Source of the DNA: Raillietiella orientalis
Lineage: Eukaryota
Assembly: GCA_036172245.1 (NCBI GenBank)
Contig: JAYWIR010000011.1
Span: forward strand, 1,426,001-1,490,000
Length of the DNA: 64,000 nt
Direction of reading: 5' to 3'
This document shows positions 49,201 through 62,366 of this stretch, in pieces. The notes beneath the pieces were generated by a model, which saw only the letters and a list, made by a program, of their open reading frames with translations, did no database searches and was not told where the DNA came from. Position 1 is the first letter of the stretch. Each line of letters opens with the position of its first letter. Position numbers and translations under genes: made by a program.

Positions 49201-49760
49201 GGCGCGTGGTGGTCCCATCAGGATCGGATTGTGCTGCCTCCCTTCTCCTCCTCCTCCTCCCCGCTCCTTTCACGCATTCGGTCGCGGCGACCTAACCTGT
49301 AGGCGGGAAGACCACCGCGCTTCCCGCCGGGTTCGGACGCCTGGCGGCAAGGGGAAACAGAGTGCGAGACACTACGATGGCAGGTTGATCATCTCCAGGG
49401 AAAGTCCAGAATGGGATGGCACCAGGGAGGAAGAAAAATATTCCAAATTTCTCTGAGGAGACGCTCCGCCAAGGGAGCAGCGCGCTTCTTAACACCCTGG
49501 AGAGGCAACCACCCTAGGAAAGAAGGGAAGGGGGTATCAACCAGCTCTATGGTAAGCGATGGAGGATGCCCCCGAGGGGGGAGGAACAGCTCCATGTGAA
49601 CAACCAGAGGGGAAGCCTGAAGGGAACCGATTCTTTGATTCCGGGAAGGACCCCGGAGAGTCATCTTCCAACCCTGACCAGTCAACAGGAGCATCCAGGG
49701 GTTTCCGGATTCCACCGGTGCCCCGCCCAAACAGAGGCCTACTAGCGTCATCTTGAGGGG

Positions 49761-49872
49761 GTAACACGAAACCACGAAGCACCCACTTCTCCGCGTCGAC
49801 CGGGTGGGATTCGAACCCGAGACGCTCGGTGCGGAATGAGGAGACCGCAACCGCACGGTCGCCAACGTGGAC
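49761..49872 (-). mobile_element. tRNA-derived SINE-like head (minus copy)
   Basis: Minus strand has the perfect B-box GGTTCGAATCC (49807-49817) in a T-arm-like stem, followed by TCGACGCGGAGAAGTGGGTGCTTCGTGGTTTCGT. No intact cloverleaf. Confidence 0.6.
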
Positions 49873-49888
49873 TTTCACAGCTGCTGGC

Positions 49889-50016
49889 GTCGGCGCGCCC
49901 ATGTGGTTGAGGTCTGCTTTCCGTGTGTGCCGCGTGTGGTGCCAAGCGTCGCGGGTTCGAATCCCGCCCGGAGAAGAATCGACGCCGAGAAGTGGGTGCG
50001 TCATGGTTTCGTATCC
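49889..50016 (+). mobile_element. tRNA-derived SINE-like head (plus copy)
   Basis: GCGGGTTCGAATCCCGC T-arm (B-box 49954-49964), followed by TCGACGCCGAGAAGTGGGTGCGTCATGGTTTCGT, homologous to the adjacent minus copy. Confidence 0.6.
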
Positions 50017-50799
50017 TCCGCCGTAGGACAACGGTTCTCTTCAGAGGAGTTACAAGAAGCGTTCCCCTTGCGGATGCCTTCCGGAGAAGAAATTCCAGGA
50101 GAGAATCCTTTTCGATTTCCCTCCGAAGAAACGAGGAGTGGTCCCCTGAGGAGATTCCCTCCGGAAGAGTTTAATACGGAAGAGGTTCTTCTTTGTGGTT
50201 TCCTTAGGACAAAACCAGGGCGAGGGTTTCCTTCGTGGTCTCAGTGCCAAGTTCGAGAGGAACGAACTCCTTCCTCCGGAGCCCTTTCTGGTTCCCTGAC
50301 GGGGACACCCCCTAACATGCACCCTTGAGTGATGCGGAACAGTCTGAAAGACCTTCGTGAGCCCCTAATCGATCTGCTTAACAAGCCAGAAAGAAAAAAG
50401 AAAACCGAGGATAGCTGTACGTCGTGGGACGTACAGCGGCAGAGAGAGCTGCGATCCACCTCTACGCAGCACTTGAGGGGCGACTTCCCCAGTTCCTCAG
50501 AAGGTGGGAGGCTACTGTATGCACAAACCAATTACGAGGAAAGGGCAGCACATGAAGAAAAAGAGTTCTCTGGTTATCAATTCTCAAAGGTTATCTCCAC
50601 GGTCACGTCCTGTGTCGTTTTGAGGACGGTTGTTCGCGGTCCAGTATGCATCTTCGATTTTCTTCAGGTTGTCGTGGCAGCTCCATGAGGAGAGATCCCT
50701 GATGTCAGTTGCTTTATAGTGGTCCCATTCATAATGCTGAACGTCACTTAAGGGCACTGAACAGCCGCAGCCTTTTTCCTAGTTACGCTCCGTGGCGTT

Positions 50800-52600
50800 T
50801 ACTGTATCTTTCCTGACCTCTAGCGGAAGGAAACGTAACTCTGGGAACGATTCGATTTTTAGACGTTTGAGGGAACCACGGATACGCCCACCGTCCCGCG
50901 TTCGTGCACAACAAACGAACGGTTGCCTCTTCAGCCAGCTCCATCAGGGATGCAAGCGGCGCAGCGGAGAGCTGCTTCTGGACACAGCAATTCATTATTC
51001 CGAGGGCCATGTGAGGAGGATGCTGTCGTCTCACCGAGGGCATCCTCCAGTGGAGCTCCTTTGGACGTGCTTGGCGGTGCTGGGTTTTATATTTCTCGGA
51101 ATGCACCTGCACGGGGACGAGTTCAGCAGCCTCACAGGAGGAAGGAAGTGAAGGTAGCAGCAGAAGAAAGAACGACTTCGCTGAAATGCGCTCCCGGAGC
51201 ACACCTTCACCGAAGTCGTACCAGACAGCCGTAGCAACAAAAAGGAGGACATGGGATCCGCTAGCCACTGAGATGAGTTCCTTGGTGATCCCCATCCGAC
51301 CTGAGGGATTATCGAGACTGAAAATTTGCAACGACCAAAAGATCTCCTCGCTTCAGCGAAGGATACGGCAGTGCTGCTACATCCGGTCGACGGATGCTGG
51401 GACTTCCCACAGGATCCCTGCAATAGCTGGACGTCAGGTTCGGCTCCTCGGCTTCGAAGCCACAAAGACTTTCATGCAGAGCGCGCGCGCTCATGGATCT
51501 GCCTTCCTTGCTGTTGCCCAGACTCCCCCGTGAAGGGAAAGAGGACTTGGGTCACTCCTCCCTTCCTGGGAAGTGGTGTTGATGCACCGGGCTACCGCAG
51601 GAATCCGCAGAAGCAGGAGGAAGACGGCAGAAATGAGACTGGAGACGACGGGCATTTCGTCAGGCTTCGGCAACCTCCAGCTCAAGTCAGGCCAAGGGGA
51701 TAAGCTCGATCGGCCTCCTCTTTTCCTCCCTCCCCCTCTCGCACAAGACGGGTTTACGGCAGCGCCATCTCCTAGAAGAAACACTAACCAGAAGAAGATC
51801 TGTAAGCCGACGCTTGGAGAAAGCTGCGAGTGGAGCCGAAGGTCGGTGGGTCGCATTACGAAAACTCCCGCTCATTTCGTGGGCCCCATGCGCGCCTTCT
51901 GCCACGTGCTCTCAGGCAAAGAGATGTAAGGAGAGAACAGGAATATCTGCAGCGAACTTGGCGGGGAAGCTGTGCTGGAGAGGTGGTCTCGGGGGGCTGG
52001 AGGTGGCGGCCGGTGGCAGGGGGCAGTGCCCCAGTTTTCTTAAGAGCGGACACGATGAATTTCTTTCCAGGAGCTCTTTGAAGGATCCCCGAGCATCTGG
52101 ACAACAGGAGAGCGCACGCTTGTGACGGGGTAGGAAAAGCAACCAACCCGCACGACGGTTTGGTGATCTCGAAAGGAAACACCGCAGTGTCCCAGAAGCA
52201 GCAGTAGTCCGTTCGTCCAGGTGAGAACAGGTACTCGTCCACCTTTACATGCCCCCTATTGGAGATCAAGGTCTATTCTTTGCTGATTCGTGGAGCATTC
52301 AGCCTACCGGTGCTCCTAGGTGCTTTTTTGAATGACACAGGGGGGGTGGTAGTGAGGAGGATCGAACTCTCTTGCACTCCGTAGTAGTGTCTCCTTGAGC
52401 AGTCCGTGCAGCTTTTCCGTGGCCTCAGGCTAGCACGGCGAAGAGAAACCTCCTTCCACCCACTCTCTCCTGAGAGATCTGTCCAGTTGAGCCTGTGCGT
52501 CCTCTTGGAGGACCGGGCGCGCAAGGAACTGCTTCGCTTGGGCGACGGTCCATTGGATAGTATCTTTCGATGACCGCTGCCTGCTGGAGCATCGCGAGGG
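50800..52600 (-). mobile_element. Highly degenerate LINE ORF2 remnant
   Basis: Minus-strand RSLRREWVEGG, FSPGRTDYCCFWD and HRPSAPL appear in the order expected for the R...W.E.GE, SPG.DG...FW and YRPI.L motifs. Weak. Confidence 0.35.
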
Positions 52601-55600
52601 GCTTTCCGGAGTCTCACGTCCTCTTCCTGGCATCTCCTACCTCGTTAGGAGCATTTCGAGAGGGTGGTGAAAATTCTAAGCAGGCGCGGGACTTCTCCGG
52701 GGCTGCGACGCTCTTGAAAGACCCAGAAGAGGAGCGGGAGATGTCAGTTCCAAAGCCCATACGGATTCTCCCAGTCATGTCTGTCAGGGACGTGACGACA
52801 CATCTCAGGTCGCAGGACAGACTTCTCCGCTGTCTCAAGTTGGCAGCAAAACGGCAGACCAACACGAATGCGAGGAAGGGGAAGAGCTTCTGCGGAAGAT
52901 TGGGAAATGTGTGCGCACAATGACAACGAGGGTGACCGTACAGCTGGAGTTGCGGGGTAATGGTCAGCCGTTTCGTTAGGCAAAGCAGGCGCTGGCACAG
53001 ATTCAAGAGTGGTGCAATTGTCTCCCTTAAGTCTGCAAACGCATTCACCCCTCCCTCCCCTCATTTCGCTTCCTCTTCTCCCCTCTAAAGGGAAAAAAAC
53101 AAAAAACAAAAAAGCAACATGAAGGAAACAGAAAAACAAGGGAGGAAAAGAAACCCGGCAAAAAAAACAAGAAAGATGCCCTTCTCTTTCTTGGAAACAG
53201 TTCCAACGATAATCAGGAAACGTCTCTCTAACCGTGTTCGAAGATTTTTCGATTTCCCTCGAGATCACAGGAGATTTGTTTTTTTCGGGGACCGCCAGAG
53301 AGCTGCCATCTCCCTGCCGCAGCAAGGCATTTGCGCACAACCAGATTGAGGTTCCTCGGATTCCAGGAACGCGTCGGATATTGCTGAGGGGGTTCCCGAT
53401 GGACTCGCACGCGAGCAGCGGCGGCATCCTCGGCACAGGAAGCGCACTGGCGGCGCGCGTTCGCGTCAACCGACACGTAGGCTTACGGCGCTGGCGGGCC
53501 GTTGCGGTATTGTTAACAAAAATCTATATTTAGCTCGTAACCTTGGGAACCGACAGGTAATCTTGCATATTCCTGCGGCCATTGTTTGGGAATTCATTTC
53601 CCAGCGTTTACGGTCGGAACATTATAAATAACGCGCGCGTTGCATTAGCGCGCAGCGGCACGAGAGTTCTCCCATCCTCGGAGGCAGAAATCTGAACCAC
53701 GCGAGGGAACGGACTGTGAAGCGGAAGCCAGCACCCTGATGTGCGATTCATTCCTCGGTCCTCCCCCACTTCTGGTCGCCACTGACCCTCTTTGTGTGCC
53801 GAAGGGGAGAGGGAACCGTAGCTGAGGGGAAGCTGAGGGTTTGCAGCCACGTTGCGAATGGACCCGCTTGATCGACGGGTGCCGAGGACGGGAACGGGAG
53901 GAAAGGGTGGCGATGCACGCTGTGGTGCGCACGCCCTGCCTGGCAAAGGCGAGTGCTCACTGTGCACGAGATTTCGCCAGCGGACCCAGAGGCTCCCAAA
54001 CACTGGGAGGTACGTCCCAACAGGCACGGCGATTTCCCCTCCGCAGTTTCTTCGAAGGGATGAGCGCTCCGTGCTGATTTGCGCCCCTCCATGCGTGCAT
54101 GCTTTTGGTGACCTGCAGGTCCCCGGCACTGGTCAGATTCCTCTGGGTTCGGTGGAGGCGAACCACACTGCCCCCAGTGATCACGCGCGCGACCACTGCC
54201 TCCAGACGCGCGCATCGCCGGAATAACCCTCGTGTGAGAGAGAGAGAATCGATCGGTGTCTCTTGGAAACCACCACCACCTCTCTCTCTCTCTCTCCTCC
54301 TTCTTCCCTTGTTGTTGACTTTCCCTTCTGAGCAGGGGAGGCAAAACGCTGCCAAGATTCCCTCCTGCAGGAGCAGTTCAAGCCGTATTCCTGCCACTAG
54401 AGGCTCCGAGGCGCGCGCGCCCTGCTAGCGGGAGGATGAACAGAAGACAGGAATCAGTCGGTGCATTTCGGGATGCTCAGCCTCGGGTCGCTTAGCGATA
54501 GTCGTGGCGATTCGTCGTGACAGCATGATTCGCCGCAGATGAACACCTCCCCCCCTCTTCCCTCCTCTCTCCCTCCGTCCTCCCCGATCTTAAGCCAGAG
54601 TCTGGTCCTTTCCTAGATCGTTTCAAACGTAGGGCGTGTGTAGGGCCGCTTCAGGAAAGCGAAAGGAAGAGAGGAGATCGAAATTGGGTTGACTGGAGCT
54701 CGGCCTCCGGGAAGCGGGCGGGAACATCCAGGCCGATCAGGGATGGGGGAGACGATAACGAGAAAGCCGACGGCCATAAATTCCTCGGGAAGTGCGCGAG
54801 CTCCTCGAGCGCCCGGCGTCGTTCGTGGAAGCTCCTTGCTCGCCTGCACGTCGTTCCCTAGGAACCCCGTCTGAAGAGAGGGAAGCGCCCATTTGGGGGA
54901 GCTTTCGATCCCGGATCTGCGCTCCCTTCCCGCCCAAGACTTACTTGTCCCTCCTCGGAATCCAGCTGCAGAGGAAGGGAGGGGATGGAAGGGTGGCGAA
55001 AAGACTGGGAGGGTCAGGAGACAATTGGGGTCAACTGCCAGCATGTGGAAGAGGCGGACCGGGAGTGGTAGAGAAAACGAGGATTTGCGGCTCCTAGCCA
55101 GGAGGTGCGGCAAGAGGACGCTCGCCGCTCCCGGGGCTCTGCTTCCGTGGGGTATTCTAGGGAGGAGGGCGGGAGGGAGGATGGGCTCCTGCTTCGCTCC
55201 TGCCCCCGCGAAACCTAGCTCCACAGCTGCCTTTCCGCATCGTCCTGCCGTCCCCCCCCCCCCGCGTTCCCCCTCCGTGGCCTGTTTGGGCGCACGGCGA
55301 GGGCGCACGTGAGGCGAAAAGGGGAGAAGGATAGTAGCAGCAGATGGCCTCTGTCCGGCCCCCCCTCCCATCGTCCGGTAGTCGCAAAGAGTCTCCGGAA
55401 CCGCGGCCGGCTGCAGCAAGCGGACCCCGGATGAGGAAGAGGAGGAGAAGGGATGGATTCCCATGGGCACACGCAGCCTTGGGACAGTCCACTTTCGACC
55501 CCACTCCACTTTGGAACGAGCCGGGAACTTGCTGGTGCTCCACGAAGGAGAGGAACCGGGACCTGGGACTCCAGGGATGAGTTTCCTCCGGAGGCGTCGG

Positions 55601-57066
55601 GAGCAAAAGGAACAGGACGGTCGTCCTATGTCCGGGATTGCCCAAGGGAGTCGGAAACGCCCTTGGGACCCCGATCGGGGAGGAGCCCGTCGCCAAGCGA
55701 GGAAAAAAGGGAGCCGCTGAGTCCCTCTTCTCCCAGGTGGAAGGCGGCGGAGACCGGCAGCATTCGAGAGCAGAGGTCACATGGAACGTGGACGGAGGGT
55801 CAAGCCCTCGTCTCCTGCGGAAGAAGGGAGGAAATGCGACTGTCGCCCAAGATGGTGGCGTCCCTTCCGGTGTCCTGTGCGCCCTCCTCAGACATCAACG
55901 GACCATCGGGCTCGTCCCTGGTCCGAGGCGACCTCTTCAGGTCTTCCCACCTTCCTCTCACCCTCTTCCTCCTACCTCAGATCTTCTCTCTACCCTTCGG
56001 TTTGGAATGGAATGTGAGGGAGGAAGGTGCCATGCACACGGAGGGATGGGCCTCGCGCTAGGTCCTAGTTCGGGAATGAGGATGCTGCCGCCGCCTCCTC
56101 CTCCTCCTCTCTCTCTCTTTCCTCCCTGACTTCCCCGAAGGTGGACTGGAAGGGTCGCCCGCGCGGTCCACGCCCCTGAGAAGCAACTCTCCACCTCCAT
56201 GGCAACCGTATTCCTCTCCCTCCGCTTCTTCCCAGCCTCCCGGGGATCTGCTGGCTGAGGGCGGCGGTGCGACCTATCCTTGCTCTCTGGCTGCAGACGC
56301 ACCCGTTGCTGTAGGGCCCTTCTACCTCCCTTAGGTAAGGGGGCCCACCAGCCGATCCACATGGCAGCCTGGGAAGCGCGTGTCCAGCTATTTTTAGCTG
56401 TCCGTAGCGTGTCGGTGGCTCCCGCAGGGAAGGCGGCCGGTTGTCTAGGCAGCGGCAGGTGTAGTGAGGGGCAGCGGAGGGGATTCCTTCTCAAGGAGAC
56501 GGACAGTTTTGAGCAGAATAGAAAATGAAGCGCTTCGTTGCCCTTACTCGCGGCCAGTGTTTCCCCGGGGACTTTCCCTCCCTCGGCGGTTTCCAAGACG
56601 TGGCAGGGCGGGAATCCGTGATCGAAACCTACAACCCTCCCAGAGTTTCCCCAGGGGAGTGCTCCATCCTTCGAGCTGCCGGCGGATGAATCCTTCTGCG
56701 AGAAGTCCACATAAGGGAGATGGAAGGTGGCAAGAGGGAGCGAGGCCGCGCCCCATTTCCGCGGGCGAGCACTGGAAAGCTCCCCGCACACTCCCGTGCT
56801 CCCCGAGACGGCAGTGGCGGAAGGGCAGCGACCCGCCGGACCACGTTGGGACCAGCTGAGTCCAGGGCTCCCTTGGAGCGTGCGCGCTCGCCTGACCCCG
56901 CCCGGGGAACGACAGAGGCGGCAGTGGGGCTCTCGCGGTCGAGCGACAAGCGGACGAAAGGGAAGCGGTCTCTTCCTCTTCCTTCCTTCTCCCCCCCCCC
57001 TCCACCCTTCCGCCCCTCTGCAGCAGCGCTCGCTCTCCCGTGAGCTCCTCTCCGTGTGCTTCCCAG

Positions 57067-57717
57067 GCTGGTCCAGGATGTAGGCAGTTCCCGGAAGGAA
57101 TGAGGCCCGCAAGCTCGTACCAGAGGTGCTGGCTGCAGGGTTGCCCTGGCGACGGCGACCACGATGGCCAGGGACGGCCTTTCGGCACGGCGACGGTGCG
57201 CTGGCTCCGGGGAGCGCCGCTGTGGGTGTCATTCGACGGCTCCATTGGCACGGGGAAGGAATCGTCAGCAGCATCGGCCTCCCACGAGGACTGGGACGAG
57301 GAAGAGGAGGAAGAGGAGGAAGGGGAGGAGGAGGAGGAGCGCGGCACGGAGGCGGCGTCTCCCTGCGCGTGCGCTCGGAGAAGCCGCGACTGTGGCTGCT
57401 GCTGCCGCGGCGGCTTCGGTGGCGGCGACGGCGACGGCGGCGGCGGGGAGCGGAGGCGCTTGCCGCCGCCAGTGCCCGCCGCCGCGCCGCGCCGGAACGC
57501 CGTCGTCAGACAGCACTCCCAGCCCGAACCCTACTTGTACCGCCACAGGCTGCACGAGGCGCAGCAGCAGCAACAGCGGCAGCAGCAGCGACCTCCGCCG
57601 CCCACGGCGCACCGGCCGCAGCACGCCGTCGCCCGCGACAGGGAGCTGGCCGAGTCCATTGCGGACATCGCCGCCGATTCCCTGCGGGTGAATGGAGTCA
57701 TCCTGCCCTTCAGACAG
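57067..57717 (+). CDS. SK: SK channel N-terminal exon (5' boundary uncertain)
   Basis: VVRQHSQPE...IADIAADSLRVNGVILPFRQ|gtcagt resembles the arthropod SK N-terminus. The phase-0 donor at 57717 joins in frame to LRKPVS at 58453. Confidence 0.75.
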
Positions 57718-58452
57718 GTCAGTGATCCCTCCCGGATAGCCCCGAAAATATCCCCCTCGCTTTCTCCCGCATGTCCTTTCCTCCTCTCCCGTCCTCGGCG
57801 TTCCCCCCCAGGACAGAGGAGGTGTGTGTGTGCGTGTGTGTGAAGTGCAGGGGGGGGGGGGAGGTTCGATCCGGTCCCCTCCTTCTCCCTCCCTTCTCCC
57901 GTCTTTCGGGCGTTCTCCCGGGACGGCGAGTCTTCCCGACCGATGCCCGCTGGAATGCCGCTGCCTCCCCTCCCCTTCTCGCTGGAGAGGGGTGGTGAGG
58001 CTGAGCGCGCGCGCAGGCCTTGCCTCCAGGAGGCGACGGCACCTCACCCTGCTGGAAGAGTTGGTGAAGGCAGAGGCGGAGGTGCACCAGCCAGCGCCCG
58101 CGAAGGCTTTGCTCCCCTCCCCCCCCCCCTTCCCTCCCTCGCGCTGGCACAGGCCGCTGTCAGCGGGAGCAGGCGGGCGTAGGTCCAGGATCCGGGCACC
58201 GCTCCAAGCATCCCTCCCTCCCTCCTGTTTTGGCAAGCTCGCCGTCGCCTCCGCGAGATGGCGAGGAAAGAGGGGGAAGGGGAAGCGGGTGGCCCTGAGG
58301 GCGATGCGTCGTCCGGTTTTCCCGGGGTGGCGCACCGCCTCCCTTCCTCCCCCGTCCCTCCCTGCGCCTGGGTATACGCGCGAGCGCACCTTCTTCCCCC
58401 CTCCCCCCCGCCCCGCACCCCCTCAGCAGCGCCGCATCTTCCTCTACCGAAG

Positions 58453-58770
58453 CTGCGGAAGCCGGTGTCCAGCCCCTCCATCCCCGCGTCTATGAAGGAG
58501 CGGAAGCGGGAGAGCAGCGCAGAGGATGCCGGCGCCTCGCTAGTCGGAGTCCGCGCGGAGCACCCCGACTCACGTGAGGAGAGGAAGCAGCAGCAGCAGC
58601 AGGGACGGGCGAAGGCGACCAAGCCGAACATCGGGTACCGTCTGGGCAGGCGCAAGAACCTCTTCGAGAAGCGGAAGAGGATCAGCGACTACGCCCTGGT
58701 GATGGGCATGTTCGGCATCGTCGTCATGGTCGTCGAGAACGAGCTGTCCAGCGCAGGCGTCTACAGCAAG
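58453..58770 (+). CDS. SK: Small-conductance Ca2+-activated K+ channel exon (pre-S1/S1)
   Basis: [15 protein letters not shown]...[50 protein letters not shown]|gtaggc is the KCNN/SK signature. Confidence 0.95.
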
Positions 58771-61700
58771 GTAGGCCGGGTGGCGGCGCTGCCGCTCGCT
58801 CCATGTCCCCCCCTCTACACGGAGCTGCCGTTGCCGAACGGCTGCTCCCGGCCTTCCCGGTCAAGGGAGAGCATTCCTCCCTCCCTCCCTCCTTCCCTCA
58901 TTTCCTCCCTCCCTCCTGCAGGCCATTCGCCGCCCGACCTCTCCCGGGTCTGAGCGCGGCGAACAGCGGGGCGCGTCGCCCTTCCCGCCAACCCCACGCG
59001 CTTGCGCGGAACCCGAGGCAGGCGGGGAGGCCGATCCCGGCCGTCTGAGCCTTTAGTGTTCGTCGTCGTCGCCGCCCCGCCCTTTTGCCCCGCGACCACA
59101 TCAGCCCGCAGCTTTCCGCGGTGGGACGCCCTCGAGGCGCGGCTCGCATCTCGCCGGCCGATCGATCTCCACGGCCGATCGCCGGTGCGGGCCGGCTGGT
59201 CTATCTTCCCGCGCGATGCGCGCGCGCCCTGCGAGGCGGCGCGCCTTCGCTCGCGGAGACGGGAGGCGTTTACCACTGCGCGCACCGAATCCGTTCCTAC
59301 TCTTCCTGTTTTCGTTGCGTCACGTGGCGAAGGGAGGAGGGCAAGCAAAACCGCGAAACCATTCTCCGCCCTCCTCCTCCTTCCCTCCCCCCTCCACGTT
59401 CTTCTTCCCCCATCGAGGGGTAAAAAAAAAAAAAATGGAAGAAAAAGAAAAGGAAGGAAGGAATTCCGCTCACGAGAAAAGCGAAGGGGCGAAATTCCTC
59501 TCTCATTTTTCTCCTCCCCTCGCTTTTTTCCCAGCAAAGCGATCACCCCTTTTGCGAATGAAGTCGACCGCCGCACGTGACCGCGCGCGGGCAGAGAAGA
59601 GGAGTGAGGAGGAAGAGGAGGAGGAGGAAGAGCAGAGCGACGTAGAGGAGGGGACTTCACCTTGCGAAGGAAACGAGCAGCTCTCCGAGCAGCATTTCCA
59701 CCCTCCCTCCCCCTCCTTTGGAGTCTGTTGGCAAGGGAGGAAAAGCCAGGAAGACCCCAAGACGAATTGCTATCTGGCTGAGGTTCCCGAACCAACGAAA
59801 CGGAACGCCGCCATGCGTCCTGCTCTTCCCCGCGGATGTGGTAATGACGAGGAGGAGGAAGCAGGCGGGCGATCGAGATGGCGCAGAAGAGTTCGGCAAA
59901 TACGAAGGGTCGTGGGGAGAGAGAGAGAGCTCCGTGCTAGTTCTCCCCCCTCCCTCCCTCCTCTTCCTCTTCCTCCCTCTCAGGGCGGACGTCCGGGCGC
60001 CCGACAGGAAACCTTCCACCTGCGCCCCTTCGCTTACTGCGCGCGGGGAGAAAAGAAATGCTGCGAAGGGGGAGGAGATAGAGGAGCACGCCAGCCGGCC
60101 CCCGACCTTCCCCGGCCGTGGCGCTCGCACCCCGCGGGCATCGCGGCGCGATCGGTTTTTTGCAACCTCGTCGAGGGACCCCGTCGTTAAGAAGGTTTTC
60201 CAGTCCTTGACAACGGAGACTGCTGCAACAATGATCAGCGTGGTTGGAAACCAACTCTCAACAATAACGGAGTCTACCATTGGTATTGTTGCTGCCGGGG
60301 CCGTGAACGGTGGGGGGCAACCATTGTTGCCGTTCCGCCGGCGCGCGTCATCCGGCCACGTACGGCCCCGATCCCTGCAGCTGTGCCGTGAGGTGGGCAC
60401 CTATCAAGTAGGTCCAGGGGAGTGGAGCACGAGCCACGGTCACATGACTGAGAAGGTGCCGCTAGCCCAGCGAGGTTCCCATCGAAAACCCGGGAGGTAA
60501 AACACGGGGTCAGTAGGATGGGCCCAGAGCTCTTGCGCAGCGGGTGGGTGGGGGAAATGAAGGAGGAAAGGAAAGGGGTGGCCGCGATAGGGATCATCTC
60601 TCCGAACGGCTTGGGGATGCAAGGGAGACGAGGGACACTCGTCAGGGAGGGGGGAACCTGCATGGAGCGAACACGTGCAGAGGAAAACGGGATGGATGGA
60701 AAGCGTGCCGGTTCCGTGGCAACGGACCCGCTACCGCGCGTCGTCTGTCTGTTCAGTCGGCCGAACAGACAGACGCCGGGCGGACTGCGCCCCCTCCACG
60801 TTGTCGCTCGGAGGCTCCACCTGTACCGCTCTTCCTTCGTTCCGCCCCTCTCACCCCGTGGTCTCTCCCTCTCCGAGCTCCTCCCTCGTCGCATCACCTC
60901 TCAGGACCACTCGCCATGGCAACGCCCCGAAGGCTCCTCCCGTTTCCCTGACGAGGGGCGGTCCAGCCTCCCGTCGGTCGAGGGGAACGTTGCGACCTCC
61001 CTCGTCGGGAGGGAGACTGATCGTCGGGCAGAGACAGGGAGGAAAGGACTCCGACGCTCCCCCTGGGACTCCCGAGGTACCGCCACTCCTACTCTGGGGA
61101 AGATGGAGAAAGAGAGAGAGAGCGGAGGGACATCGTGTCATTCCGCTGCGGCTCCTCCCGCTTTTCTCCGGAAACCCCCGACGTTTTCCCCCTCTCCCTG
61201 GGGATCCATCAGCAGCGGCAGAGGAGGGAGAGCGAGTTCTTCCCGAGTCGTCCGCACGCGTCCTGCCTTTGGCGTCACCCCCTGGCACAAGGACGGAGGT
61301 GGCCTACAGGAAGGACGCGCGGACGCTCTGTTCCACTTTCCCTTTCCCCTCCTCTTCCGCCGCCTTTTTTTTCTGGGGGGGAGGTTCTCTGAGAAAGCAG
61401 GGAGTGGAAGGAAGAGAAAAGGGGTGGAAGAGGAGGGTCGAGCAGCAGCTGAAGAGCGGAGGAACAGAGCAAACGAGTAGGGGATGGAAAGGAAGGAGGA
61501 GGAAGAGGATCTCTTTCACGAGCTGCCGGCTGGTCACCAAGGCAGACCCATGGTCGTTTCGCAGCGCGTGCTCACTCTCAGCAGCCTCCGGCGGCGGGAC
61601 CGCGACTCCGCACCCGAGGGGGAAGCATGGAAGGAGCACTCTGCCAGCGCTCCTCTGGGACATTCGGAGTCACAGGGTCGCCCGAGAAGCAGTGAAGACG

Positions 61701-62270
61701 CCTTCTCTTCTTCCCTCTCTCGCCGAAGAGGAGCTGCCGCCCTGAGAGTGTCACGCCCTCCCACCCCGCAAAGGGCGGTGCCTCGTCCTCACTGCAGGAC
61801 CGGCGTGACGCGGACGCCTCTCGCGACTCGCCGTCCCCTTCCGCAGTGCCGTCCTCCGCCGGCATCCAGAAATCTCCCCCTCCCTTCCTCCCCCTCCAGT
61901 CCTCCGCCGACTCCGAGCGTCGTTGCTCCGTCTTCCTGGAGACGCTCTCCGCCCCCGCTCCGGAAGGCGCGCGCGCGGGACAGAGGAAGATCTGGAAGCT
62001 TGGATGCGAGCTGAGAGGAGGGAAGGATGGCAGCGGCGGCAGGAGGGGCCCGAGACGATCGGAAGAAGGAGGGAGGGGAGAGGAAATGGGGGAAAGGGCG
62101 CGCCGCCACCTCCGTCCTCCGCGCGACCCGCGGAGGCGGCGGAACAGCGGCGACAACGACGACGGCGAAAAGGAGCGCCCCGCCACCCCACCTTCCTGCG
62201 AGCGAAAGCGCGTCTCCAAGGAGACTCCTGCCTTCACCCCGCCCCCACCCACCCCCGTCTTTTCTTGCAG

Positions 62271-62366
62271 GCCTCCTTCTACTCCATGGCCCTGAAGACT
62301 TTGATCACGGTGTCGACGCTGTCGCTGCTGGGCTTCATCGTGGCTTACCACGCCCTGGAGGTCCAG
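62271..62366 (+). CDS. SK: SK channel exon (S2); gene continues beyond the window
   Basis: tttcttgcag|ASFYSMALKTLITVSTLSLLGFIVAYHALEVQ|gtaaag; 96-nt exon, phase 0 at both ends. Confidence 0.95.

Noticed and set aside
49800..49970. Functional tRNA genes
   Set aside because: Only the T-arm/B-box is convincing; acceptor and anticodon stems do not form, so treated as SINE-like.
55958..57347. 438-aa and 267-aa minus-strand ORFs
   Set aside because: Antisense shadows of the GC-rich SK 5' region.
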